Below are positions 26,265 to 36,131 of a stretch of DNA of 64,000 bases, in pieces. Positions within the stretch are counted from its first letter, which is position 1; every line of letters starts with the position of its first letter. The position numbers and the translations under genes were made by a program. Source of the stretch: a virus. Location: IMG/VR virus record IMGVR_UViG_3300003323_000550, positions 2,319 through 66,318 of that record. One strand, 5' to 3'. Below the pieces are notes generated by a model. It saw only the letters and a program-made list of their open reading frames with translations, had not been told where the DNA came from and made no database searches.

Positions 26265-28904
26265 ATGGCGGCCTACGATGGCGTCCCCAGCGTCATGCCG
26301 GACACCACGGTGCCCGACAATTACATCCGGGTTCAGGACAAAATCAGTCCAGCGGTCCGCCGCTTCGGCGCGTCGGTCGCTGACGTCGGGGATGTGTTTA
26401 CGCAAGCCTCGAGTGACAATGCGTTCAACCTCTACCAGCAGGATGTGTCCAAGCTTCTCCGCGGGGATCCGTCGAACAGCAGCATGGGGCCGGACGGAAA
26501 GCCGATCGAGGACACCGGCTATCTCGGTCTCAACGGGCGCAGCGCCATGGACGCACGCCCCTCGATCGAGGAGCAGATCAACAAGCTGCACGAAAAATAC
26601 CTGTCGGACCTCAAGACCAATCCGGTCGCCCAGAACCTTTTCGACAAGGCCGCAACGCCGTTCAAAACCCAGACCCTCGGGCAGATCAGTTCGCACGCCG
26701 ACCAGCAGTCCAAGGTCTGGTACACCTCGGTCAACCAAGCCAGCGAGGACAATGCGCTTGCCCGCATCGCCGCGGCGCCAAGCAGCAAGAGCGCCGTCGC
26801 CGGCGGAACAGCCGACCTCATCAATGCCCGGGTGAAGCAGGCGCAACTCCTCGGCGCGCAGCCGGGTGACGAGGTGTGGAATGCCGCGATGGCGGGGGGC
26901 AAGCGGGACGCCCTCAAGGCGCGTGTGCTGGCGATCGGCGCTACCGATCCATCGACTGCCCTCAAAGTACTCAAGGCGAACCAAGCCGATGCCGGTACGT
27001 CCTACGATGAGATCTACAACAGTCTCCGGGCGCGGGCCGATGAGCAGGATGGCAATGCCGCGGCCGATGCCGCGCTGGCGGCGGCCACTGCCGACGATGC
27101 CGCCACCGCACAGACCTCCTATGCCAATCCGGCGCAGCCGATCTATCGCGAGGCCACGACCACCGTTCCGGGTGGAATGACGGCCACCGGCCTTGCGCGC
27201 ACGGTCCAGATCGAAAGTGGCGGCAAGCCGGACATCGACAATGCCTCGGGGCACAAGGGGCTCGGTCAGTTTTCCGATGCGACCTGGGCGGCCTATGGCG
27301 GCGGGGGCGATCCGCACGACCCGGAGGCGTCGATCGTCGCCATCCAGCGCTACGCTGCCGACAACGCCAAATTCCTGACGCCGATCCTCGGCCGGCCGCC
27401 GACCGATGCCGAACTCTATCTGGCGCACCAGCAGGGGCCGGGCGGAGCCGCGAAGCTGTTCCGAAACCCCGACGCCTCGGCAGCAGCACTGATCGGCACC
27501 AAGGCCGTGATCCAGAACGGCGGCACGCAGGGCATGACGGCCCGCGAGTTCGTCGCGATGTGGGCGCATCGGTTCAACGGCACGACGCCGCGCGATGGGG
27601 CGCTGGCCCCTTCGGTGCGCGCCAGCTATCAGCCGCCGGTGGCGGTCGCGGGGACGCCTGCAGTGCCCGTTGCACCGGAAGGGCCTATCGTTGCACAGCC
27701 GGGCGCCGATGTTGCGCGTGCCGCCCCGCTCAGTGCTCCGGCGGCGATGCCGGTGCCAGAACTCGCCCAGACCCCAAAGGCGACGGCGATGCAGGCGGTG
27801 CTCGATGATCCCAATCTTACCCCCGAGGCGCGGCGCATCGCGATCACCCGCGTCAACCAGCAATATGCCGCCATGCAGGTCGCCGCTGACGCGACCGCGA
27901 CGCAGAAAAAGCAGATCAACGATGCGACGGCAAACCAGTATATGACGCGCATCCTGACCGGCGACGTGGCCGGGCTCGATCAGGCCATCGCCAACGATCC
28001 GAATCTCGAGTGGAATACCAAGTCGACGCTGACCACGGCGCTGCTGGCTCATGCGGACCAGAGCGTCACCGGCGCGACCGCATTCTATGGCCCGGGCTTC
28101 TGGGCGGCCTACCAGCAGGTGGTGGCGGCGCCGGGCGATCCCTCCCGCATCGCCGATATGGGGGATTTGCTGCGTCGCGCCGGCCCAGGTGGCGATCTGA
28201 CGCTCGCGGGCGTGCAGAAACTCGGCGGCATCATGACCTCGGCCGCCAAGAGCGTCGATGGTCAGGCGGTGCAGACGACCAAGGCCGGATTGCTCAACTA
28301 TGCGAAATCCAAGCTCAGCTTCCAGCAGGATACCGGTCCGGTGCAGATCAGGGACCCGGCCGGCGAGGCACTGTTCAATTCGCGCTTCATCCCGCGGTTC
28401 GAGGCGTCCTACGACGCATGGGAAAAGTCCGGGAAAAACCCGTGGGAGTTCCTGACGCAGGAGAACGTCGACAAGATGGTGGCTGGACTGCGCAATCCGC
28501 GCGAGATGGCGATGGCGCAGGTCATGGCGCAGCAGACCGGCGTCGACATCGACCAGATGACGGCACCACAGGCACCGGCCGGCGTGGATGATCAGGGCTG
28601 GAAACTGCTGTTCAATGCCGCCCCCAAGAACCCCACCACTCAGGCCCCGCTCGCGCCGGATAAGTGGCAGGGCATCATCGAGACGCTGCTGACCGATCCG
28701 TCCGACGCGACCAAGGCAGCGTTCGACCGCCATTTCGCCGCATCTGGGATCACTGCGGCGAGCGTGCTGGATCTGCTCACGCCGCCGGGTGGTAAACTGC
28801 CAAAGTTCGAGCGCAAGGCCGCCGCAGCGCCGACCGACTATCCGGGACCACATCCGGTGATTAATGGTGTAGAAGACCTCGGTCTTGCTCTACCCGTGCA
28901 GTGA
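26265..28904 (+). CDS. Ejection protein with lytic transglycosylase domain
   Basis: IESGG (catalytic Glu), GLGQFSDATW, LYLAHQQGPGGA at about 27210-27450. Confidence 0.85.
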   Translation: MAAYDGVPSVMPDTTVPDNYIRVQDKISPAVRRFGASVADVGDVFTQASSDNAFNLYQQDVSKLLRGDPSNSSMGPDGKPIEDTGYLGLNGRSAMDARPSIEEQINKLHEKYLSDLKTNPVAQNLFDKAATPFKTQTLGQISSHADQQSKVWYTSVNQASEDNALARIAAAPSSKSAVAGGTADLINARVKQAQLLGAQPGDEVWNAAMAGGKRDALKARVLAIGATDPSTALKVLKANQADAGTSYDEIYNSLRARADEQDGNAAADAALAAATADDAATAQTSYANPAQPIYREATTTVPGGMTATGLARTVQIESGGKPDIDNASGHKGLGQFSDATWAAYGGGGDPHDPEASIVAIQRYAADNAKFLTPILGRPPTDAELYLAHQQGPGGAAKLFRNPDASAAALIGTKAVIQNGGTQGMTAREFVAMWAHRFNGTTPRDGALAPSVRASYQPPVAVAGTPAVPVAPEGPIVAQPGADVARAAPLSAPAAMPVPELAQTPKATAMQAVLDDPNLTPEARRIAITRVNQQYAAMQVAADATATQKKQINDATANQYMTRILTGDVAGLDQAIANDPNLEWNTKSTLTTALLAHADQSVTGATAFYGPGFWAAYQQVVAAPGDPSRIADMGDLLRRAGPGGDLTLAGVQKLGGIMTSAAKSVDGQAVQTTKAGLLNYAKSKLSFQQDTGPVQIRDPAGEALFNSRFIPRFEASYDAWEKSGKNPWEFLTQENVDKMVAGLRNPREMAMAQVMAQQTGVDIDQMTAPQAPAGVDDQGWKLLFNAAPKNPTTQAPLAPDKWQGIIETLLTDPSDATKAAFDRHFAASGITAASVLDLLTPPGGKLPKFERKAAAAPTDYPGPHPVINGVEDLGLALPVQ

Positions 28905-31900
28905 TGGACGAAACCGACCCGTTCGCTCAGTTCCTGACTCCTGAACCGGCCGCGCCAGCCCCTGCGGCTCAGGCGGACAATACCAAGCCTGCCGACCCGT
29001 TTGCGGCGTTCCTTGAGCCCGAGCCGGGGTCGGACACCGATCCGTTCAGCGCCTTTGCCCACGCGTTCGAGCGCAACATTGCGCCAGCGGCGGGCGGCCT
29101 CGCTGCAGCGGGTGCCGGTGCCGAGATCGGTGGAGCGCTCGGGCTTGCTGCGGGACCGGCTGCCCCGATCGCGTCGCCGATTTTGGCGATTGGCGGCGGC
29201 CTCGTGGGCGCCATCGGCGGATCGGCGGCTGTCTCGGCAGCGCAGGACTGGGCGCTCAAGGCCCTTCCCGAGTCCTGGCAGGACTTCCTCGGCCAGAGCG
29301 AGCAGCAGCGCGCCAAGGAGGAGACCTATCAGCCGACGGCCTCATTCCTCGGCGGCACGGTGCCCTATGTGCTGAGCATGAAGCCAGGCGGCTTCCGCTC
29401 TGCCGCCAAACTGCCGCCCAATGCGACAGCGTTCCAGCGCATCGCGGCGAACCCGGCGACCGGCCACATCTTCGGTGGCGCGCTGGCGGGTGGCATGGAG
29501 GCGGGCACCGAATATGCCCGCGGCGAACCGGTCGATCCCACCAAGGTCGCCATCGCGACTGGGTTCGGGCTGGTGTTCAACGAAACCAACCGCATCGGCG
29601 CGCGGCTGACCGAGATGGGCGCTGGTCCAGCGCGGCGTGTGCTTGGTCGACCGGAACCTGAGACTGCCGCGCCAGCGGTCCCGAAACCGGAGACCCCTGA
29701 ACCGACCGTCGCGCAGGCCATGGACGCCAAAGTGGTCGGTCCCGGCGCCACCGAAGAAACCTTCATGGGCACGCACCAGCAGGCCCCCGACGCCGCGATG
29801 TCGGCGCAGGACGCCGCACGCACCGAGGCCATGCTGTCGGCGCAGCCCACGATCCCCGACGTCGTCGCCACGGCGCGCCGTATGGAGCCGGAAGCCTTCA
29901 GCGAATATGACGCCTTGCTCGACCAGCGCGACGACCTTGCCGCGCGCTTGGCGCAGGTCCGCGATCCCGTGGCCGAGGTGCAGCCGGCCGAAGCCGCCGC
30001 GCTGCAGTTGCAGATCAACGCCACTGATCGCCGCCTGCGCGAGCTCGGGCCGCAGGTCGCCGCGGCGCACCGCCGGGCCGCCGATGCTATCGGCGCGGAA
30101 GTGATTGAGCCGGAAGTGGCCAGCCCAGCGGCGATTCCGTCAACCGTTTCGCCGGAAGTGACAAATGATCTGGGCGTTCCGTCAACCAAGCCCATCGAGC
30201 AGCAGGTCGCCGAGATCGCCGCCGATGTGGCGCAGCAACTGATCGCCGCTGGTCGTCCGAAAGAGGAAGCCGACGCTGCCGCGCAACTGATCGCGCATCG
30301 CTACCGCACGCGCGCCGCGCGGCTGGGCGACACCATCAGCCCCGAGGCGCTGTACCAGGCCGAAGGGGCGAGCATCCGCCGTGGCAGCGCGCCCCCTGTC
30401 CCGGCCGCGCCATTGATGCCGACGATCGAGCGCCCGAACCTGCGTGCGCCAGCGCCCGAAATCCCGGCGCCAGCCCCAGCCGAAGCATTGGCCCCAGCGC
30501 CGGCACCGAGCGTTTCCGAGCCAGCATCGGCGCAAAAAAGCGATATCGAATCTCTGGACCCATCGACCATCGGCGTCGATGCCGAACGGTTCCAGTTCAA
30601 GGGCGGCGGAGACGAGGAGGGCGTTACCGAGCGGCTACAGGACATCGGCAAATGGGATCCGCGCCTCGCCGGCACGGCGCTGGTCTTCCGCGACGCCGAT
30701 GGCAAGAACTGGATCGCCGATGGCCACCAGCGCCTGGGTCTCGCCAAGCGCCTGATGGAAGGCGGCCACCCGCCGATCAAGATCAACGCATTCGTCCTCG
30801 ACGCCAAGGACGGCATCACAGATGTTGACGCCCGCGCCATTGCTGCGGTCAAGAACATCGCCGAGGGCACCGGCACGGCCACGGACGCCGCCAAGGTGCT
30901 GCGCGCCGCCAAGGACTCAGGGATCGACCTGCCGCCCCTGCCGCCGCGCTCAGCGCTGGTGCGCGATGGCCGAGCTCTGGCCAATCTTTCTCCCGAGGCT
31001 TTCGGGATCATCGTTAACGAGGTGGTGCCGACCGCCCAGGGTGCCATCGTCGGCCGCATGGTGCGCGTGCCGGAACAGCAGGTCGAGGCCCTGCGACTGC
31101 TCGCCACGCTCAAGCCGGACAATCTGCAGCAGGCCGAGATGGTCGTGCGCGACATGCTCAGTTCCGGCACGACCGAGGGCCGGATGGAAAGCCTGTTCGG
31201 GACCGAGGACTTTGCGTCGTCGATCGTGCTCGAGCGCGCCAAGATCGCCGATGAGGCGATGAAGCAGCTTCGCAAGGACAAGCAGACGTTCAAGACGCTG
31301 GTGGATGAAGCGGGCCGGATCGAGGGCGCCGGCGCGAACGTACTTGACCAGACCGCAAATCAGGGGCGATTGTCGACCGATGAGCAAGCCAGCGACTTCC
31401 TCAAGCAACTCGCATTCCGCGCCGGGCCAGTCTCCGACGCGCTCAGCGACGTCGCGCGCAAACTCAAGTCCGGCGAAATCAAAGTCGGCGAAGCTGCCCG
31501 AACCTTTCTCGGGGATGTCCGGCGAGCAGTTGAAGCGGGCGTGGTCGAGGGGCGAGACGCTGGCGGCACTGAGCCTGGCACAGGCGGCCCAGACCTAGAA
31601 GGCCCGACATTCTTCCAGCGCGCCAAGCCGCCTCTCTGGAAAGAGGGTGATATGCTCGGCGAGTTCGAGACCGAGCGCGGGCAGGAGGGGTTCGGCCAGG
31701 CGCTGGTCCCCGGCGTCAAGCCCCTCACCGATGCCCAGCGACTCGCTGCTGCGATGGCCAAACCGCTCAAGGGCGGTGAGGCACCGCCGGCGCGCGGCCA
31801 TCGCTTCCTAGATCAGGGGTCGCGCGGAATTTCACAGCAAGTGAAAGCTGCCGAGGATGCCGTGACCTATTGGAAGGGCGTGGGAGATGCCGACAAAATC

Positions 31901-34900
31901 GCGACTGCCGAACGAGCACTGGCGGCGGCGAAGAAGATCGATGACGAAGCTCGATCACACAACTACGTCATCTACGACGACAGCCGCGTGACCATCCGCA
32001 ATTTCGAGCAGACCAAGCGCGGCCTCATCCAACTCGCCGAGGGCCAGAAGCCGATCATCAAACTGTTCAAGGACGCCGACGCCTCGACCTTCATCCACGA
32101 GACCGGGCATCAGTGGCTCGAGGAACTGATGCGCGATGCCGTGCATCCCTCGGCTAGCGACGTGCTCAAGGACGACGCCCAGACCGTGCGCGACTGGCTC
32201 GGCATCGGCGACGCCGGCGAGCCCATCAAGACCCGCCAGCACGAGAAATTCGCCCGCGCGTTCGAGCAGTATGTCCGCGAGGGTGTGGCGCCGAACGCCA
32301 AGCTGGCCCGCGTCTTCGCCCAGTTCCGGCAGTGGCTGACCTCGATCTACCAGACCATCCGCGGCCTCGGCGCGCCGATCAATGAGGACATCCGCCAGGT
32401 CTTCGACCGCATGATCGAGGTCGAACCCAACCGCACCGTGATCGCGCCAGAGCGCGAGGGCGCGGAAGGGCTGGCCGCAGTCCACGAGACCGATGCCGCC
32501 ACAATCCCGGCGCATGAAGCCGAACCGGCGATGGATCGCATCATCTCCGAGCGCGACCGCTATCTCGCCGAGCAGCCCCCTGAGGTGCAGAATGAACTCC
32601 TCGCAGCCGAAGCCGAGCAAGCAGCCGCTGCCGCCAGTACCACTGGACCAAAAGCTGGCGCAGGCGCAGGCGGAGAGCCTGAAGTGGTCGCAGGTGGCGG
32701 CGAACCCGAAGCTCAGCCCACAGGCGGCGCGGGTGGCGGCGAACCTGGCGCGGAGCTCAGCGGCAGCCGTGCTGTTGGGCCAGAAGGCGTTCTCGCTCGT
32801 GGCGAAGGGCCAGCCGCTGGACAAAATGCCGATCCCGGATTACGGGGCGAGCGACCCGGCGCTGCTGACCCTGCTCGGACTCAGCCCCTCGCCCCTCGCC
32901 CCGCCAACCTCATCGGCGCCCGAGAGTCCCCCTTCACCGACCTCGCCGGAAACATCCGCATAGAGAACCTGACCTCCGATCAGGATGTGGCGCAGGCCAT
33001 CCGCGATGCGGCGCAGGAGAACAACGACTTCATCGGTGATCGCCGCGGCGTGGTGACCGATGGCCAAGTGCTCGACCTCGCCGAAGCGCTGGGCATGGAC
33101 GCCGAGCAGTTGAACAAGCGCAAGATCGGGCAGGCGTTCAACGCCGAGCAGGTGGTGGCCGCGCGCAAGCTGCTGATCCAGTCCGCCACCGACGTCGCCG
33201 CCGCCATGAAGCGCGCCGCGGTGGGCACCGATGAGGACGTGCTGGCCTACGCCCGGGCGAAGTCACGGCACCAGATGATCCAAGGCCAGGTCGCCGGGAT
33301 CACCGCCGAGGCCGGCCGCGCGCTGCGCGCCTTCCGCTCGCTGGCCGGACAAGAGGCGGTGCAGGGCGTCGACCAGTTCATCCGCGACGCCACCGGCAAG
33401 ACCCTGTTCCAGTTGAAAGAGGAAGCCAAGCTCGGCTCCCTGCTCGAGACCCCGGAGCAGGTCAGCAAATTCACCCGCGACGCGCGCCAGCGCACGTTCG
33501 GCGGCATGATCCTCGAATACTGGATCAACGGGCTGGTCTCCGGCCCCCGGACCCACGTCACCAACACCATCGGCAACATGCTGATGTCGATGCAGGTGGC
33601 AGGACCGGAAACGGCCGCTGCAGCGCTGATCGGTGCCGTGCGCTCGGCCACTGGTCGGCAGGGCACCCGCGTGCGGCTGGGCGAGGTCGGGGCTCAACTG
33701 CGCGCCGGTGCCGCATCGCTACCCACGGCCACCAAGGCGGCGATCGACGCGCTGCGCACCGGCCGGAGCGTGCTGCTGCCGGGCGAGGAGGCCAAGGCGC
33801 TTCCATACGAGTCCCCGAACGCTGCGTCGGTGAAGCCGGCGCCGATCGATGAGGCCGCGACCTATGCCGATATCGCGCCTGATCTGTTTGGCCTGCTCCG
33901 CGGTGCGCTCGACGGCGCGGTGGCAATCGGCAAGCTCGTCTCGACCGGAGGCGAGCAGGGATCGCCGCTGGTGCATCTCAAGTTCTCGCCGCTCGGCCAG
34001 ATCCCCGACATCGCTGTCCGCGGCACCACGGTGCTCCCGGTTGGCACGGCGTTCCGCCTGCCGACGCGGTTCCTCGCGGCCGGCGACAGTTTTTTCCGCG
34101 CTGCCAACTACTCGATGCAGAAATCCGCCATGGCCTACCGCGCTGCGGCGGACGCGGGTCTCACCGGCTCGGCTTTCGATGCCAAGGTGGCCGACGTCTA
34201 CATGAACCCGACGCCGGAGATCATGGAGCAGGCGCGCGGCACCGCCGCCGAGCTCACCTTCATGGGACACCGCAGCGAGTTCGTGAAGGCACTGAGCCGG
34301 CTGAGCAACGTGCCGCTCCTCGGCATGCCGATCTTCAAGTTCGTGGCGCCGTTCATCAACACGCCATCGGCGATCATCGAGCAGACCATTCTCCACCGCA
34401 CGCCTGTCGGCCTGTTCTCTCCCGAGATTCGCGCCGACCTCATGGGCAAGAACGGCAACATCGCGCAGGACACCGCGATGGCCCGCATGCTGGTCGGCTC
34501 GGTCTACGCCATCGGCTTCGGCGCGCTGGCGGCGCGCGGCCTGCTCAGCGGCTCGGGACCGACCGATGACAGCCAGCGCGCCCTCTGGCGGCAGGCGGGC
34601 AACCAGGCCCACAGCGCCCGCATCGGTGATCTCTGGTATGACATGCGCGCCCTCGGGCCGCTGGGCATGTTGGCGGGCATCTCTGCCGATCTCTACGACG
34701 TCGCGCACGCCGCCGAGGAAGGCGACATCGCCACGGTGAGCAATACCCTGCTACACGCCTTCATGCAGAACATCCTCGATGCCAGTTTCATGACCGGTCC
34801 GAGCGACCTGATCCAGGCGCTGGAAGACCCGGCGCGCTACGGCGATCAGTATATCCGGGGTTTCCTGTCGGGGTTTGTGCCGTTCTCCGGCGCCATGGGG

Positions 34901-35398
34901 CAGGCCGCTCGAGCGACCGATCCGTATTCGCGGCAGGCGCGCACCTCGATCGACGCGGTCAAGGCCAAGGTGCCCGGTCTGTCGCAGACGCTCTGGCCGC
35001 GGCGCGATATCTGGGGTGAGGAGATGCCGGCCGGAACCTCGTTCGGCCCCACCTGGCTATCGGCGATCTACACCACGCAGTTGAGCCAAGACCCGGTCAA
35101 CATCGCCATGCTGCAGGGTGGCTATTGGCCCGGCCAGCCGGATCGGAAAATCCGCGGTGTCGAACTCACCGACGAACAGTTCGACCTTTACTCGATGCTC
35201 GCCGGCCGCATGGCCAAAAAGAACCTCGACCGCATCGTGACGTCGGGCCAGTGGCAACAGTGGCCTCCGAGCGTCAAGCACGACGTCATCGCCGAAACCA
35301 TCCGGCAATCTCGCGAGACCGCTCGGGGCATGGTAATGATGCGCTTCCCGCAGATCATCCGCGATGCGACAAATCTGAAGCTCGCCAAGCTGCAATAG
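28904..35398 (+). CDS. Large polyvalent ejection protein (ParB-like domain, HExxH zincin-like domain, C-terminal LPD38-like region)
   Basis: 2,164 aa. WIADGHQR (ParB-like), DASTFIHETGH...HEKFARAFE.Y..EG.AP, PFINTP and R.DIWGE motifs. Confidence 0.85.
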   Translation: MDETDPFAQFLTPEPAAPAPAAQADNTKPADPFAAFLEPEPGSDTDPFSAFAHAFERNIAPAAGGLAAAGAGAEIGGALGLAAGPAAPIASPILAIGGGLVGAIGGSAAVSAAQDWALKALPESWQDFLGQSEQQRAKEETYQPTASFLGGTVPYVLSMKPGGFRSAAKLPPNATAFQRIAANPATGHIFGGALAGGMEAGTEYARGEPVDPTKVAIATGFGLVFNETNRIGARLTEMGAGPARRVLGRPEPETAAPAVPKPETPEPTVAQAMDAKVVGPGATEETFMGTHQQAPDAAMSAQDAARTEAMLSAQPTIPDVVATARRMEPEAFSEYDALLDQRDDLAARLAQVRDPVAEVQPAEAAALQLQINATDRRLRELGPQVAAAHRRAADAIGAEVIEPEVASPAAIPSTVSPEVTNDLGVPSTKPIEQQVAEIAADVAQQLIAAGRPKEEADAAAQLIAHRYRTRAARLGDTISPEALYQAEGASIRRGSAPPVPAAPLMPTIERPNLRAPAPEIPAPAPAEALAPAPAPSVSEPASAQKSDIESLDPSTIGVDAERFQFKGGGDEEGVTERLQDIGKWDPRLAGTALVFRDADGKNWIADGHQRLGLAKRLMEGGHPPIKINAFVLDAKDGITDVDARAIAAVKNIAEGTGTATDAAKVLRAAKDSGIDLPPLPPRSALVRDGRALANLSPEAFGIIVNEVVPTAQGAIVGRMVRVPEQQVEALRLLATLKPDNLQQAEMVVRDMLSSGTTEGRMESLFGTEDFASSIVLERAKIADEAMKQLRKDKQTFKTLVDEAGRIEGAGANVLDQTANQGRLSTDEQASDFLKQLAFRAGPVSDALSDVARKLKSGEIKVGEAARTFLGDVRRAVEAGVVEGRDAGGTEPGTGGPDLEGPTFFQRAKPPLWKEGDMLGEFETERGQEGFGQALVPGVKPLTDAQRLAAAMAKPLKGGEAPPARGHRFLDQGSRGISQQVKAAEDAVTYWKGVGDADKIATAERALAAAKKIDDEARSHNYVIYDDSRVTIRNFEQTKRGLIQLAEGQKPIIKLFKDADASTFIHETGHQWLEELMRDAVHPSASDVLKDDAQTVRDWLGIGDAGEPIKTRQHEKFARAFEQYVREGVAPNAKLARVFAQFRQWLTSIYQTIRGLGAPINEDIRQVFDRMIEVEPNRTVIAPEREGAEGLAAVHETDAATIPAHEAEPAMDRIISERDRYLAEQPPEVQNELLAAEAEQAAAAASTTGPKAGAGAGGEPEVVAGGGEPEAQPTGGAGGGEPGAELSGSRAVGPEGVLARGEGPAAGQNADPGLRGERPGAADPARTQPLAPRPANLIGARESPFTDLAGNIRIENLTSDQDVAQAIRDAAQENNDFIGDRRGVVTDGQVLDLAEALGMDAEQLNKRKIGQAFNAEQVVAARKLLIQSATDVAAAMKRAAVGTDEDVLAYARAKSRHQMIQGQVAGITAEAGRALRAFRSLAGQEAVQGVDQFIRDATGKTLFQLKEEAKLGSLLETPEQVSKFTRDARQRTFGGMILEYWINGLVSGPRTHVTNTIGNMLMSMQVAGPETAAAALIGAVRSATGRQGTRVRLGEVGAQLRAGAASLPTATKAAIDALRTGRSVLLPGEEAKALPYESPNAASVKPAPIDEAATYADIAPDLFGLLRGALDGAVAIGKLVSTGGEQGSPLVHLKFSPLGQIPDIAVRGTTVLPVGTAFRLPTRFLAAGDSFFRAANYSMQKSAMAYRAAADAGLTGSAFDAKVADVYMNPTPEIMEQARGTAAELTFMGHRSEFVKALSRLSNVPLLGMPIFKFVAPFINTPSAIIEQTILHRTPVGLFSPEIRADLMGKNGNIAQDTAMARMLVGSVYAIGFGALAARGLLSGSGPTDDSQRALWRQAGNQAHSARIGDLWYDMRALGPLGMLAGISADLYDVAHAAEEGDIATVSNTLLHAFMQNILDASFMTGPSDLIQALEDPARYGDQYIRGFLSGFVPFSGAMGQAARATDPYSRQARTSIDAVKAKVPGLSQTLWPRRDIWGEEMPAGTSFGPTWLSAIYTTQLSQDPVNIAMLQGGYWPGQPDRKIRGVELTDEQFDLYSMLAGRMAKKNLDRIVTSGQWQQWPPSVKHDVIAETIRQSRETARGMVMMRFPQIIRDATNLKLAKLQ

Positions 35399-35408
35399 GA
35401 GATCGCCG

Positions 35409-36131
35409 ATGCCCGTCCGCCAGCCGAACACGGTGACTCCACTCAAGGGCGGGCCATTCTACGGTAATCCGGCGGGCCTCAATTACGAAACCATCCCCTG
35501 TGTCGCCGAGACCATCGTGGATGCAGGCGCCACCTATATCGAACTCTCACTACCCAAGCTGATCGAATGGTGGGGTTCGCCGCTCACGCAGCAGATTTTC
35601 AGTTTTGTGGCTGATGCCGGAGGAACCGGCAACATCTCCGCGCTGGTTGCGGGTCTTGGTCCCTACAAGATTTACCTGAACAATGCTCAAGCTGCCGGTC
35701 CAGATATCGCGGCAGGGGACTTCATCTTTCTGGCGTACGATCAGGATCTGGATGCAGGCAATGGCGGCCTGCACATGCTCAACTGGTCGCAGCTTGGCGG
35801 TGGACCATCTCAAGGCACGACGCAGATCGTCACCGGTGCCGGAACGGTCACGGTGCTTGCCACCGACACGCTGATCGCAATCAAGAAAGCGGCCCCAAGC
35901 GCTACGCCGATCAATCTGCCCGACGTCGCCAGCCGCGGCGGCCATGGCGTGCAGATCACGGATTTTTCTGACAACGGCGGGCCGATCACGATCACGCCTG
36001 CGGTCGGAGAAACCATCATGGGCTCGGCCTCGATCGTGCTCAACTCGAACGGCACTGGCCCCTTGGGCACCGGCGGTGCCATCACACTCTATCCGAACAC
36101 CGACCTCGATGGGTGGTATATCGCGCCATGA
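35409..36131 (+). CDS. Short fibre or fibre-anchor-like protein without signal peptide
   Basis: [13 protein letters not shown] and INLP...ITITP..GETI.G...W patterns of fibre-associated domains. Confidence 0.6.
   Translation: MPVRQPNTVTPLKGGPFYGNPAGLNYETIPCVAETIVDAGATYIELSLPKLIEWWGSPLTQQIFSFVADAGGTGNISALVAGLGPYKIYLNNAQAAGPDIAAGDFIFLAYDQDLDAGNGGLHMLNWSQLGGGPSQGTTQIVTGAGTVTVLATDTLIAIKKAAPSATPINLPDVASRGGHGVQITDFSDNGGPITITPAVGETIMGSASIVLNSNGTGPLGTGGAITLYPNTDLDGWYIAP

Noticed and set aside
25980-28853. 957-aa ORF on the minus strand
   Set aside because: Antisense shadow of the transglycosylase-containing ejection gene. It is Arg/Gly-rich with no motifs, as expected from high-GC codon bias.
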